This document shows positions 49,071 to 63,570 of a stretch of 64,000 bases of DNA, one piece after another (the stretch's first letter is position 1; every line of letters starts with the position of its first letter). The position numbers and the translations under genes were made by a program. Below the pieces are notes generated by a model. It did not search any database, was not told the DNA's origin, and saw only the letters and a program-made list of their open reading frames with translations. This stretch comes from Sphagnum compactum (Eukaryota). The stretch spans positions 8,122,001-8,186,000 of the forward strand of contig OZ234494.1 in NCBI GenBank assembly GCA_965153455.1, written 5' to 3'.

Positions 49071-49899
49071 ATGCAATAGAATAAATACCTAGAATAAAGG
49101 TGCTTGAAAAATGGATTGGTGGTTGAAAAGGAATACATTGCTATGGATGCATGCATCCTCCATCTTAAGTTGGGTAGGCCTAACTACTTTCTAACTTTCA
49201 CCCTTTCACAACGCACCTCTCATCACCATAGTTGACTTATTACAAGCGATTGGTCGTTGAGATGGAGAGATTTTGACATTTAATTTGTGCTAACTTGATG
49301 TCCTATAATTTTATTTCAATTATTTTATTCCTTTGTACATTTTTTTGAATATGTGGTGTGTTTATAGATAAAGTTTTGCAAGGTTTTGATTAATTATGCT
49401 TCGGAATAAAAGAACGGGTTTACCATCTAATAGAACATCAACTCACCCATGTATGTAACAAATCACTTTTTAATCTTGTTTCCATGCATGTAAACAAGGG
49501 TTATAATACTGTTAGAGCATCTCCATTGTGTAATTGTAACTAACAAACGACATTGCACTCAATATGCAAGCCATTAATCTGTAGCCTACCAACTTAAATG
49601 TGCTTCATCTTCCCCATTGTTTTTGAGTTTGCATTAAAGTCAATATGTCCTATTTCTCAATAGGTGACAGTGGAGGTGGTATATCATCTTCTCAATTTTT
49701 AGTTCTTTCCAATCATAATCTTCTTTCCAAAATTTAACAACAGATTTTCATTTGTGCATGCATCTTTTTCTAAACTTTTTGCATTTTTTATAATTTTTTT
49801 GTATGCCTTTTTTTGTTAGTTGTATTGACAAGGTCCAAGATGAAAGTTGGACATCAAGGGGTTCTATCATAGTTACATGCACAATAATGATGACATTGA

Positions 49900-50960
49900 A
49901 AACGAGCTCATTACTCAATTTCTTGTTGCAAATTCGTCTAAAGGTGGAATCCAACATGAAGGAAATAGATTGGACAAAAAAAGGAACTTGTAACAGGTCA
50001 AACCATTGGTGAAACATGCATCAAACACAATTGTTTTTTGGCCATGCCATTATATGAATATGGTTGGTTATTTTGATATCATTATCAAATGTGACATTAG
50101 TTGAAGTTGTCATCACACATGATGCGTATTTCAAGCAATGCAAAGATGCATTCATGAAGATGGGCCTCTCTTCTCTTAAAAATGTATTGTTACCATTTGC
50201 ATGCTTGCACATGGAGTTGCACTTGATGCAATAGACGAATATTGTTGTTTGGGGCTAAACAAAATAATAGAAAATATGAAAAGATTTGTGTGCACCATTC
50301 AAAAGTTGTTCAAGCCAATGTACTTGAAACAACCAACACGAGAAGACTTGGAATGTCAATTGCTTATTATGTAGTGCAAGGTTGGCTAGGGATGTTTGCT
50401 TCTTTGGACTACATGCATTATTGTTGGAAGAATTGCGCATTTGTTTGGCAAGGCCAATTTACTAATAAAAATAAACATTATTTTATAATTCTACAAGTTG
50501 TTCTAGGTTATAGCCTATGGATATGGCATTGACATCTTGGTAATCTTGATGGCAACAATGACATAAACATTTTAAACAAGTCACATCTAATTTCTAACAT
50601 GTTACAAGGTGTAGGAAATAACTTAAGCTTTGAGATGAATGGACATTACTTTTTGAACTATTATTTGTTAGTTGATGATATCTATTCAATGTGGACAATC
50701 TTTGTGCAAACTAGTCATGATTGTTGGGGGAGAAAAGGAAGTGGTTTGCACAATAACAAGAGGTGATTTGGAAAGTTGTTGAACGATGTTTGATGTGTTG
50801 TAGCCCTATTTTGGCATTTTCCAAGATCCTTGCAAACATTTGGATAAGAACATCAAGTGAGCAACATCCTTCATGCTTACATGATTATTCACAACATGAT
50901 TATAGAAGATGTAAACAACAAGTCCATTGAGCTTTGTTTTGATAAATCACCTTTAGGTTT
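49900..50960 (+). pseudogene. Degenerate PIF/Harbinger transposase (Plant_tran-type)
   Basis: Reads GWLGMFASLDYMHYCWKNCAFVWQGQFTNK..IILQVV..SLWIWH*..DGNNDINILNKSHL, YYLLVDDIYSMWTIFV, KVVERC and AYMIIHNMIIED, matching canonical Harbinger DDE motifs with disablements. Confidence 0.9.
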
Positions 50961-52369
50961 TCAAGGTAATTACCAATGATGATTTATTTTCAAAAAACTT
51001 GTTCTTGTTCAATGGTTTGTTCAATAACCTTATTCATTCAACTAGTGAACTTTTTGTGTAATGGTTTTCAGATTTTTGGTGCAATGTCTTTCGATTTTTT
51101 TGTTGTGTAATCTTTTTGGGATTTCAGGGTTTTGAATGTCTCAAATGTTCTTTGGATGGTTCTCATTTTTTTTGTCATTCATATCCTTCAAATGCTTTTC
51201 AAACTTGGAAATGGACCCAAAAAAACTTGACCAAAAATCTCACCCAAACCCTTTGATGGTTTCAAATTTTGTCATGGTATCTTGATGCAATCTAAAAGTC
51301 ATAAAAATATTTCTTCTTAGCCTTGAAAGGTCACATGTTACTTGGATGCACCATGAAGGTGTTTGAATGAGCAAAACATTGCTAGCACTTGCAAGTTACC
51401 ATTGAAATGCATTTCATGCAAACAATGCAAATGCTCTTAGTATAAAAATATACACAAATATATAAGGTATGTGAAATAAGCTTGTGACTACATGTGGAAA
51501 ACAAATGTGTGACCAATAAGATTATTAGAATGGGAATCTTCAATTCTTTTGAAGAATTACCTTTAATGAACATGTTATTAAATATTGTAAGAGCCTCATA
51601 GGTTTGTGTTGAAGTGAAAAGAAAAAATTGTGACCAATGAAATTGTTTAAGTTAGAACCTTGAATTGTTTTAAAGATTTACTTAGGAGGTGAAGCAATAC
51701 TTATATGTTATGTTGCATGAAATGTGCAAATTGCACAAAACTTTTTACTATAATTTAGAACTTTTAACACATCATTCTCTGATTTTAATCTCTATGCACA
51801 ATAGGTTGATATTCCCTATACAAAATCAACTATCCAACTTACTTGGACTAACAATAGGGTTCTAACACATTACTTTGTGCCTTTTGTTTTTCTTGCAAAT
51901 GAGTTTTAAAAAATCCAACTCCAAAAAGTTAACATTTTTTTTGGCAATTCATCCCCATGGAATTGTTCTACCCTTTGCAGCAAAGTTCAATCCAACAATA
52001 ATTAAAAATAAAAAATGTTCCATGAAATTTCCAATGTTCACAATAGGTAACACCCTAGGTCTGTTCACGGACATTATATATATAACACCTAGAACAATGT
52101 GTTAACAATATATAACACATGTTTAAACAATGTTCCATGAAATTCCCAAAAAATGAATTCATATTGCAATGTAATTAACATGTGGTGAACATTCTTCAAC
52201 ATGTGGGACCAAATGAAACCTAACATCTCTTTTTTATGGGCAAAGCCAACAAAACCAACTAACCACCCCACCCACCACTTGCTGGTGATTTATAATATGA
52301 CCCTTATAGGGGTACCCATTGAGAGTAAAAAGGTCAATTTCATGGCCAAATTTTTTTTTGTTTTTTAAT

Positions 52370-52878
52370 TATGAGATCCATCAAATCGGGATGCTTTAGA
52401 TTGTGTTCTTGGTGTCTTTGGAAAACTCTTAATGAGGAGGGGTGCATGGGCTTTTAGTTCCATGACGTTTGGACTTGCGGTGCAAAATTTCTTGAATATT
52501 GAATGATTTTTTCATTGAGAATTAAATTAAATCAAAAGAATTGGAATGTGCCTTTGATGTTGTTGGAAAGATCTTGATGAACAAGATTTAATGGAATTGA
52601 TTTGGTAAGATTTGGATTCAAAATGTGGGAGATATTGACTTTTAAATGATTTCTCCATTGAATATTCAAATAAATTCCAAAAGACCAGGTGTTGGAAGGA
52701 AAAATTAGTTGAGGATGTGGTAACACTTAAAGGCTTACCATTCAATTCAAGCATGATTTCCTTTCATATCTAGCTGTTCAAAAATTTGATACATACATTA
52801 CAAAACAATGTTCACATGTTGAGTTTCCCTATTTTGTAATGGGTTCACACTTGGGCCCATGGCACAAGCCACATTAGT
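52370..52878 (+). mobile_element. Non-autonomous repeat, possibly Helitron-type
   Basis: The motif TTGGTGTCTTTGGAAA.CTCTT.ATGA recurs internally and at about 56300 and 57528. The 3' end has a short hairpin (TGGCACAAGCCA) just before ..ATTAG|T, similar to a degenerate Helitron CTAG end. Confidence 0.45.
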
Positions 52879-55800
52879 TGGGATCTAAATGACACATAAA
52901 TATGCCATCCAACTAGGTTTTAAAAGTATGGAATCATCCAACTAATAGCTTCAATGGTTGGGTAAGGCCTTACAAGGGGAGCAATTCCAAAAATGAAACC
53001 CCCATTGAACATTCAAGGCTATTTAGCAAGAACCAAGTGTAGATCAAAATTTTGAGAATGTCCCTTGGGCTTTTAAGGGCCTTGTACCTCATGGAAAAAC
53101 CAAAGCCATTATTTTTAATAATGCCTTACACAAAAAGACAAGACCCATGTAAAGATTAGAGACAAACATTGTATGATAATGCCATACACCAACAAACTTC
53201 AAGATGGTAAATTTTACACTAAAAAGGCCCAAATTAAATGGTATGTGAAATATTATGTATAAGGTGCATTCTAACTACACTACAAAATTATGGCCATATT
53301 TTTGACAAATTAAGGAACACTTGTTAAAGGAACCCTTGTGTAGGCTTGATTGTTGGGCAAGGGGGTGCACTTCCTCTCCCATAAAGACACATAGATCTAG
53401 TAGAATCTAATATGTTGTACATGGTCTATTCCCTTGTGTTAAAACTAGGGGTCTTACATGCAGAATTTGCACATATGGTTTATTTTGTAGCATTCAAAAT
53501 AAGGACTTACATGTAGAATTGGCATTTGCTATTGATTATAATGGTAAATGTCAAATCTGCATTTTAATAAGGTAGCAATGGATGCATGTTAATTGATGAA
53601 TAGGGCCATCTACATTTTAATAAGGTAGCAATGGATGCATGCTTGATGAATAAAGCATCCCTTGTTTTCAACTTCTTGGAAGAAAGTTGGTCCTTGCTTT
53701 ATAAATTAAGTAAAACAATCAAGATGATCTAAACATATGAGCAACAAAACACTATTTGAAAAAAAAAATTCAATTGTATGACTGGGGGCATAAGGCATAA
53801 AGTTGTGCATCACTTCTTGAGTGATTACATGCACATTGTATCATTGTCATACTTCTATGACTCTCAATCATTTCCACACCGGTTTTACATCTCATTGTGT
53901 TGTTTATACAACCCCTTAATAGTATTTGTTTGAAACTTTTGAATCTTTTCACTTTTATCCATCATTTGGGGCTTGGTTTAATGTTTCTACATTTAGGTCA
54001 TGAATATCATTTTTTTTTATTGTAAACATTTTGTTGTTGTTGTTGTTTTTATAAGTAAGTTGCTTCACATTTCTTCTTTTCCTTCTTCTTTTGCTCACCA
54101 AGGATAATGTAAATTTCGTTATATTTATACCATTACCATATGTAAATTTGACAATTTATATAATTACTATACCATTCAATATTTTCAACAATTAGGATAT
54201 TTACACCATTACCATATTAATATCAATGTCAAACGGTTTTTGCCTCTCATGAAAAATCTTTGATTTTGGTTTTTTTATAAGAAATGGATCTAGTTTTAAT
54301 TTCGGTTTCACAACAAAATGGAACCTTGAGTTTGGTTTTGATTCAATTCTTGAAAAAAAAATTCGGGTTTCAATGTCAATTTTGGAAGTTAGATTTGGTT
54401 TTGGGGAACTTAGTTTGAAACTATTGATTAACTACCAATTAACCTTTGGTTCCAAAGTAATTTCCCTTTTAATTGTTTTTTCAAAAAATTCAAGTTCCAA
54501 TTTTAGAATTGGGTCTAAGTTTTAGTTTTGGATCTAAAACTAGATCCAATTTTATATCCAATTTTGATTACAGTTTCAAAAATCACATCTGATTTCAGTT
54601 CAATTCCAAATAACCAAAACCAACAATTGTAATTAGCCAAACTGGGTGATTGCTAAACACTAATTAATATCCATGTGATAAACCATATATTTGCATAACA
54701 TTACTTACCTTTCTTTCTAACATATCCCTTAATCCTTGACCATGAAAAAAGATAAAAATACATTGAAAAACATACCAAATTGTTCCACCTTAGCATTTAG
54801 GGGTTAATGTTTCTTCAACTTTGTTTAATATCACCATAACTTTCAACTTTTGGGTGAAAGCACACTACATGGGGGCCAAAAATGTTATCACATTGTATTG
54901 TTTTTCAAGGGTGTCCATGTTTGAACTTCAACCATGGTAATTTTTGGAGCATATTTTCCAAACTTTTTGCATAATATGGTAGACCATAACACAAAAAAAT
55001 CAATAAAAAAGAAAATTCTTTTTTGCAACTTATATTGTGTGATTCCAAAGTATGTTTGTGACAAAAAAATGTACATCATTATGTATTAAAAAATGTAAAT
55101 ATATTTCAAAAATGATCGAAATGATTTTTTGTCTTTAGGAAATTTGTAATATCTATTAAACATTGTGATTCCATATGATTGGAATAAGTTTGTGAACCAT
55201 GTGAAGAGTTTGATAATTATCATATCACAAATGGGTGTTTTTGGGGGCGATGACCATATGTGATCAATTAACATTTTAACAAACTATCACTTTCAAATGG
55301 GAGATGACAAAATATGTGAATTGGGTTAAAATTTTCATTTCAAACATTTTTTGGTTGACTAATTCAAACCCAAACCTAGTGCAATTCAAAAACATAAACG
55401 GGCTCTATTATACTCCATATACCATAAATATACCCATTATTCCTTGAATTTAATCTTTTAAAATTTATTTCTTTTTTCAAATAATATAGATATCATTAAC
55501 TTTTTAACAATTAGAATATCAAGCCCAAACACCAAAAATGAAACCCAAAATTAAATGTAACATGTTTTGCAAAAATATACATTACATACATGTCTTTAAA
55601 GTGCCCAAAATGCTGCCCCCCCCCCATAGTGTGTTTTCACCATTTTTGCCATGTTGAGGGTCCTTTAATTTTCTTTCAATTCATCCTCATTTTCATTAGG
55701 TTTGAAATTGTTGTTATGGACATTTTTCTATAATTTTATAAATATATTGGATGGATGTTATACAATTTTTAAGCTGATGTGTGATCCTTGCTATTGCCTA

Positions 55801-56739
55801 GAATTGGTTGCCTTCATCTTATGTGATGAATGGTAACATTTATGATTAATTGGTAGGGTAGTATATTTTGAAGTTCATCTTGGCCTATTGAAGAGTAGTT
55901 GGGTCATAGAATTGTAAACATGGAAGGTCTCATTGTGAACTTGTACACAAACTTTGTTTCACTTGACTAATATATAATTTAATAGGGAACCAATTTAAAT
56001 AAGCAAATGAAATTTAATTCCTAAAGAGGAAATTTATGGAGAAGTTGATCTTGTGAAATCATTTTGCTTGTGAAATCTAGTCAACAACATTTTGACCCTT
56101 TGTGAGTGGTTGATTTGCATTTTCCACATGGGTGAAACATTTATTTGGCTTTCAAGGGAAGTAAAGGAAACAATGGATAAGGCATTGCAAATTTTATAAC
56201 AAGTTAGTTAATCCTATTATTAAATAAGGTAGTTAGTTAATTAATTTCATTATGTTTTGTCCCATTAAGATTTCCCAAAGGGTGTCCCTATTGCATTTTT
56301 GATACCATTGAAAAACCTTTAATGAATAGGGGTGCACCAAACTAGTTTCATAATGTTTAGACTAGTGTCGGGCATTTTTATTTTATTTTTGGTGAGAATT
56401 GTCGATTTCAATTTTAAAAACATGATTTAAAAATTGATTTGGTTTTTATTTTCTTTTCATTTTAGAGTACCTCCAAGGTTTCATTTTTTTAAAGTATAAA
56501 AATCCATCCAAATCTCATGAAAATGATTTTCACAAGTGTGAGAATTGTTGGTTTTCAAAGGTAGTTTTCCACAAATGGATATCAAATTTTACTTTAAAAT
56601 TTTGATTTTAAAATAAAAATAAGAATGATACAAAAATTTGCAATAAAATTCAAAGATGAAACAAAATAAACAAAGAAAAACCAAGAAGAAAAATAAACTT
56701 TTGCAAAGTTACAAATTTATTATTATTTTTATTTAAGAC

Positions 56740-57095
56740 CCATTTTACTTCTAAAATTCATAACCTTCTCATCTCTTGTTCATTTCAAGTGATCTAAAGT
56801 TTTATGGGAATGTTAACTTAAAATTTATAAATTATCTTTGAGTGCCAAAAGCAATTGATCAATGTGCAAGGAATGTTTAGTTGTTTGGTTATCGATTTCC
56901 AAATGTTCTAAAATTTTCCTTTTCGACTTTTTGACCTTCCTACTTTTGGGGGATCATAATTTTCTCATTTCCAATTTGTTTTTGATGATTTTTAATGCCT
57001 TACGCCAAGATGAGGGTTTTAATTATTTTTCAAACATCATAAACAAAAAAAATCTTCCTTGGGATTCAACCTCTTCTAAGCCACTAAATGTATAA
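56740..57095 (+). repeat. Internal fragment of the CACTA family at 17622-19512
   Basis: TCATAAC.TTCT.AT.TCTT.TTCATTT..CTACTTTTGGGGGATCATAATTTTCTCA matches 18380-18720. Confidence 0.7.
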
Positions 57096-57647
57096 ACAAA
57101 TAAGAAAAACAAAAAACCTTGGATACCTTATCCCCCCCCCCCCCCCCCGCTCCTCAAATCTCAAAATAAAACAATCAATTGACTATACTTTATATTTTTT
57201 TACTATGCATGAAGGTTGAGAATTGAAATTGGGTAGGGTCCCATTACCTTGCCCAAATATCATTTTTTTAACAAAAAAAATTGACCAAGTTTTCATGATG
57301 CTTGTTTCTCATTTTATTGAAAATTAGGGTGTTTGATTTAAAACCCAAGTATGGGATCTAGTAATAACCGGTGGGCTTCAAGGCAAAATTGGCCTAAAAA
57401 TTGAAATGATTTTCACCTGATTTTTAAAAAAATTCATTTAAACCTATGGTGCACGAGTTATTAGACTATATTACATGTTTATCATTGAAAGCTCAATAAA
57501 ATCAAAACTGAAAAAAATAGGGAAGTTTGGTACTCTTGGAAAGCTTTAAATGAGTAGGGTTTTAAGAAGGCAATTTCATAATTTTTAAACCTAAGGTATG
57601 GGAGCTATTGAATTTTGAGTAATTTTTTGGAAAATCAATAGAAACCT

Positions 57648-57895
57648 CCACCAACTTTGGATGCCCATTATTTAACATCCATCATGCAAGTTATATCATC
57701 CATATTATTTCTCTTCCCCCATGTAACCCACACTCATTTTATCATTTATTAGGCAAGTTAGGTCTTTCATCCACCAACTTTGGATGCCCATTATTTAACA
57801 TCCATCATGCAAGTTGTATCATCCATATTATTTCTCCTTCCCCAATTTAAAACACACACATTTTATCATTTATTAGGCAAACTAGGTCTTGCATC
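57648..57895. repeat. 123-bp tandem duplication
   Basis: CCACCAACTTTGGATGCCCATTATTTAACATCCATCATGCAAGTT.TATCATCCATATTATTTCTC at 57648 and 57771. Confidence 0.9.
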
Positions 57896-58189
57896 TATTT
57901 TTTTCATTCACCAAATTAAATTTGGAACTCAAGCTCCTCTCTTTATGATTCTACTAGAAAAACTGAAAACCCATAACTTCTCATCCACTAATTCTAGACA
58001 CCCCCACATTTTATGAATCCATCATCCTTCCTTAGTGTTGTTGGAAAATCAATTTGTGAATATGGTGAGGTTTCATCCATTGTGATAACAGTTCTTTCTT
58101 GTTACTTGCAATTGTGACATTGGTGTGTCCATGTTTGAATGAAGGTGAAAAACACCATGTTTTGGATTGTGATGAAACATTGAATCTCA

Positions 58190-60380
58190 CTTTACCTACC
58201 TACTAGGCACCTATAGGTACCATAATAGGTATATACTAAATATCTAAGACCCACCTAACTACTTACCTAATTAGTAGTTAGGTATTTAATTAATGTGTAC
58301 CTAGAATACTAAGTAGCTAAGTCCTTAGTAGGTGGCAATTATCTAGGTAGGTAGCCATTAGGGTTAACTATTAAGTACCTACCTACTTGTTATTAATTAA
58401 TTGTAAAAGTACATAGCTAAGTAGTTAGTAGGCTAGTAGGTATTAAGTCTTTAGGCTATTTATGTTAGGGTTTAGATAGGTATTATGTGGTCTAGGCCAA
58501 GGTGCCACTTGTTTAGCCTTAGCCCAACCTAGGTGCCACATATGTTACATTAGTTAGTAGGCTAGGTTAATTAATAAATAATCAATTAGGTTAATCGGTA
58601 CTAGGCTAGGCTACATAGGTAGTTAGATACTATTTAAGTAAATAAGTAGCTAGGTAGTTGTTAGTAAATAGTTGTGATTAAATTATAATTGAGTTACAAT
58701 TTAACTAATTGTAATTTGGTTACAATTAGCTAAATGAACCTATTCAAAGTTGGGGTTCCAAAAAAAGGAAAAAATACTCTAGGACTTTCGTAGTGCTAAT
58801 TTTTGTAGATAACATTTATTTGAAACAAATTTAAGCAATAAAAATTGAGTAGTCCAATTTAAGATAATTCATGTGACGAAGGTGATTTTTTACAATATGC
58901 ATACATAATTGTGTATCAATATTTGGGTTTATAACTAGAAACGCATAAAATCCCAAAAAATCCGATAATGAGTTTCAATGGAAATCCAAACATGTTTTTT
59001 AGCAAAATTGTTTCTTACCATTAGGAGAAAAATGGCATTTTCTAACCAACCGATTTTTCACTGCATGTCATCTTCAACTTTGTTTCAACTACAAAATAAT
59101 ATTTATTTAAAAAAATTCCACGTGAATGGGATGGCATCTCAAATGAGTTGATGTGTCACTAGTTTGGTAAGTGTACGACATTGACTATTAATAGGTGTTG
59201 ACTATCAAAATATTTTTAAAAATAAAATATAACCTAATTGAAGAGTAGTTGATAATTCCACTTTGCCATGACATTATGCCACATCAAGTCAATTGCTTGA
59301 TTATTTTGGTGGACCTTGTTTTTGAATGGATGAAAGAAGGATATTGATAGATGAAATATTGCATGCATTTTCAATTGTACTTCAACTTTAATTATCATTA
59401 CCTATACCCTACCCACCTACTTACTTATCATTACTTACACCTTACGTACATGTTATCTACTTACTATTGTAACTTATACCTACATATTACATACCTACCT
59501 ACCTAGGTACTTACAAACTATTCAGTCCCTATAGAGTCTATTTGGGTGATCCCTAGTTTGCGCGTTTGGTCGTTTGCTCGCCGTTTAGTTACGTGTATGA
59601 CTCTTCTTGTTTGTTACAATTACGTCCGGAGGGTTGCTCGCACGTGAGTAGCATTCAAGCCCATGTGCCTTCCGGCCCCGCCTCTCTATAAGGAGGAGGA
59701 GAGTTACCTTATCCCTATGCGTATACATAACTTAACCTATACCTTACTTTAAATCAACTATGCTATAATCTAAATTTATTTAACTTACAATTTATCACCT
59801 ATTTATAACTACCTTGGTAATATATGTAATGAATACTTACCTACCCTACAAAATGTTACCTACCTACCTACAAGTACCTAGAAGTAATTTGCAACAAGTG
59901 TACTTGCTTAACCTATAACCTACCTAGGTAGCTAATGAGGCATGTAAGCATGTAGTCTATTTAAGTAGCTAGGTTGGATAGCTAGTGAGGCTAGATTTAA
60001 ATGGGGTGACAAGGCAAGGTAAGTTATGACTACCTACCTACTTATTGTCTACCTAGATGCAATAGGAGGTCCCTAGGTAACCAATAGGTACATATGTTAG
60101 GTCAAATGTAGGTAAATAAGTTACTTAAACTAATTAGGTATAGGTAGATAGGTATTAAATAACTAGGTAACTAGGCAAGGCTTTGAAGTAATTACCCACT
60201 TGATTTTTGTTTAATCATGGTGTCACAACTCACAACCCACCTATTTATACCTACCTAAGTGACTCACAACCTACCTATACTTAACCTATTATTACCTACC
60301 TAGGTCTACATAGGTTTTAAGTTAGGTAAGGAAGCTAATTAAACCTAGGCTATGATAGCTAACTATGCTAGGCAAACTAT
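58190..60380. repeat. ACCTACCTA/TAGGTAGG-rich low-complexity transposon interior
   Basis: Dense CCTACCTA/TAGGTAG motifs on both strands. The same motif occurs inside the CACTA element at 18940-19050. Confidence 0.6.
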
Positions 60381-61404
60381 TTTAACTTAGCAAGGGTTCA
60401 CTTTTGTGGTATAAAATAATTGGTATATGATTTTATGGCATTTTACATATTCACTAAAATGTCACAAAATTAAAATTATACCATTTATAATGTTTTAAAT
60501 TATATCATAAAAATGTCATTCATTTATAAATGATTCCATTTATGCCATTAAATGTCATATAATATATAATGCCATAATTAATTATGAATGGATGGATTTA
60601 ATGCGGCATATAGTATGAATGAATGAATGAATGATTTAATGTGCCAAATAATATGGATGAATAGATGATATGACATATAATAATGGCGACAATGTGTTGA
60701 CGAGAAATTCAAAATTTGAATTATAATTGAAAACTATTTGAAACAATGTTAACTTGCATAGTTGAAAGTTAATTGACATCCAATTATAACCACATACTTC
60801 ATCCATGACTGCCCTTATATAACATTGCTATTCACTTTGAGTTTTCTTTGCGTTTTAGTTTGTTTTTTTTCTCCTTTTTTATAGTTTGTTTTGTTTTATC
60901 TTACTTTTCTTTATGCCCAACTTGTGTTTAAAAGTTTAAATCATGTAGTTTAATATTAATTCATGGATTTTTTCAAGGGAGTGCATTGTGCCTTTTGCAT
61001 GTGAGGAATTTCAAGTTTTTCATTTTAGGGTTCTTGTTAAGTTGTTTTCTTTGTTATCATGTTCAGGTTTTTTCTCCTTCTTTTCATTACACTTTTTAAA
61101 AAACATATTAAGGTCATACGGTGTCAAGGTAAGTGAATATGAATAACATGAGGAGACAAGCTTATGGAATTTGGAAGCCACCACCACACATGCCTTTTAT
61201 AATTTAATTTAAATTACAGGTGTTTAATTAATTAATTTTTTCTTTATTTTCTTTTTACCAAAATATCTTTTTTTTAATTTCTCCACCATGTTGCCTTTGG
61301 TTAAATTCTTTTTTAGCTAGGTTTTGTTTTGAACTATTGCTAGTTTTTTTTTCAACTATGTATTTCTTTGAACTTTCATTACGATAACTAGGTTGGTTTT
61401 AGTA

Positions 61405-61760
61405 CATTTAAGCACTTAGGGTAGTCTAGATCCAAGGGGAAGGCTCTTTTGTTTTTAGTGTCCAATCAGATCTTGAACCCTTCCCCTTGGTGCATTTGAA
61501 GCACCAAAAATCATCAAAAATGGATTAAAAATGAAAAAATTATGGCCCCCCAAAATAAAGGGGATCAAGAACTCAAAATAGCAAACCATAACCAGTTCTT
61601 GAACACCCAAAAACTTCTTTGTATGTTGCTCTATTGTTATTATAATTCAAAGATTATTTGCAAAACTTAAGGTGACGTTCCTGTAACACTTTAAATCATT
61701 TAAAATGAAGAAGAAATGAGAAAATTATGAGCTTGGAAAGTAGGAGGGGTTCAAATAAAA
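61405..61760 (-). repeat. Inverted internal fragment of the CACTA family at 17622-19512
   Basis: CATTTAAGCACTTAGGGTAGTCTAGATCCAAGGGGAAGG..TTATGGCCCCCCAAAATAAAGGGG..TAACACTTTAAATCATTTAAAATGAA resembles the reverse complement of 18370-18720. Confidence 0.75.
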
Positions 61761-62239
61761 GGGGAAAAAAATGTGTTTTATAAATATGAAAGTTCTTTTC
61801 TTCAACTCTCATTGGTTTTTATTATTTTCTAATTCCAAAATAAACACTTGGGCAATGAGAGTTAAATTTATGAATCTTTTCAACCATCAATGCAAGTAAA
61901 ATTTTGTTAATGTTTATTTTAGTGAGCTACATTCAACTAAGTTTCAATTATATAATTTACACTATATTTTGATTAGGTTCAACTAAATTTCAATTAGGTT
62001 TCAATTATGTTTGTTGACTATGAATAAGGTAAGCCCATGACGTGTGCCATTTATATTTGTTATTTAATTATAATTTTTTTAAATTTCAAAGTGTTTGTTT
62101 ATTTGTCAAACTTCCATATTCTTGAGTAGTAAATGATGATGCACACCTTCTAGTGGTGTTGCTTACCATCCGTACCAATCGCATTTGTTATGTAAATTTC
62201 AATCTTCAAGTATATTCTCATCCTACTACCATGTATTAA

Positions 62240-63570
62240 CACTACGTCAAAATGTGTCCTAGTTCATTTTGGGTTTTATTAGATTTTGAGTGAATTTGAT
62301 CATTTTTACCATGGTGAAACTGGTCAACCCTAATGAACAAGGACTAGTTGCTACAGATAATGAATTGGTCCATTAGTACTTAGTGAAACAAAGTTATTTT
62401 CAAATGTAATATAAATCTACCAAACCATTTCATTTATTAGTTAATTAATTAGGTAGCATGGAAATCAATTAAATTTAAATTATTTAATATTTTATGTAAT
62501 ATTTAATATTATTGATAATTTCATGATTTTAGCTTATGAATTATTGACATGTGTCATTATCTATGTTAAATTTAAAACCTAGCCTAGGTAGATAGGTCAT
62601 GTAATCAACCTAAGTAGGCACCTACTCTAAAATACTACATAAGAAAATGTTTAGTCAACTTATCATTGTTGACCATAAACACACCATTTGTGAGGCTTGA
62701 TCCCGACCTTTAGGATGGAGGCAAACACCTCTACCATTAAGCCACCACACTTGTAATGATAATATGTTACATTGCATTCTATTTATCAAATATTTCATTT
62801 TAAACATTGAAAAAACATAAACATTGAAAATTCATATCTTATTGAAATTTTGTCTAAATGAAATGATTAAAGTTTAGTTAAATTTTTTTTCAACAATGTA
62901 CATAATTACATTTTTTTTTTTTTGAAAGTGTAAAATCATTTGAACAATTTTTTTAAATATCACTATTCAATAACATTTCAATGATCATTTTTTTGAAAAA
63001 GAAAATGTTTAATAAATGGATAAGATTTTTCCTGACATAATAATACTACATATGTTAGGCTACTTTCAGCTATTCTAGGGCTACTTTTCATTGTTTTAAA
63101 TTATTTCACCTTACATTATTTACAGCTATTTATAGTTATTCTCCGTTATTTTTAATTATTTTTAATTATTTCACCCTAAGTTACTTTTGATTATTCTAAA
63201 TTATTTTTGGCTATTTTATATTACTTTTGGCTATTTTAAGTTATTTCACCTTAAGCTATTTTCGACTAATACAAGTTAGTTTTGGTGATTTTATGTTATT
63301 TTTGGCTATTGTAGGTTATTTCATTTTAAGTTATTTGAAACTATCATAAGTTATTTTTGGTTATTCTAAGTTATTTCATTGTAGGTTATTTTAAATTATG
63401 TGAAGTTTTTGTTGGTTAATTCTGGCTATTGAACGCTATTTCACCTTATGTTATTATTGGTTATTCTAAGTTATATTACCATAGGTTATTTATGGTTATT
63501 CTATTGCTGGCTATTGGTGCATATTCTTTTGATGCCTACATATTCTATTTGTGGTTATTAGAGGATATTT
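62240..63570 (+). mobile_element. Second, right-truncated copy of the CACTA element at 33336-35686
   Basis: Starts CACTACGTCAAAATGTGTCCTAGTTCA and stays colinear with 33336 onward into the GGTTATT/GGCTATT array. No right TIR is seen within the window. Confidence 0.85.
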
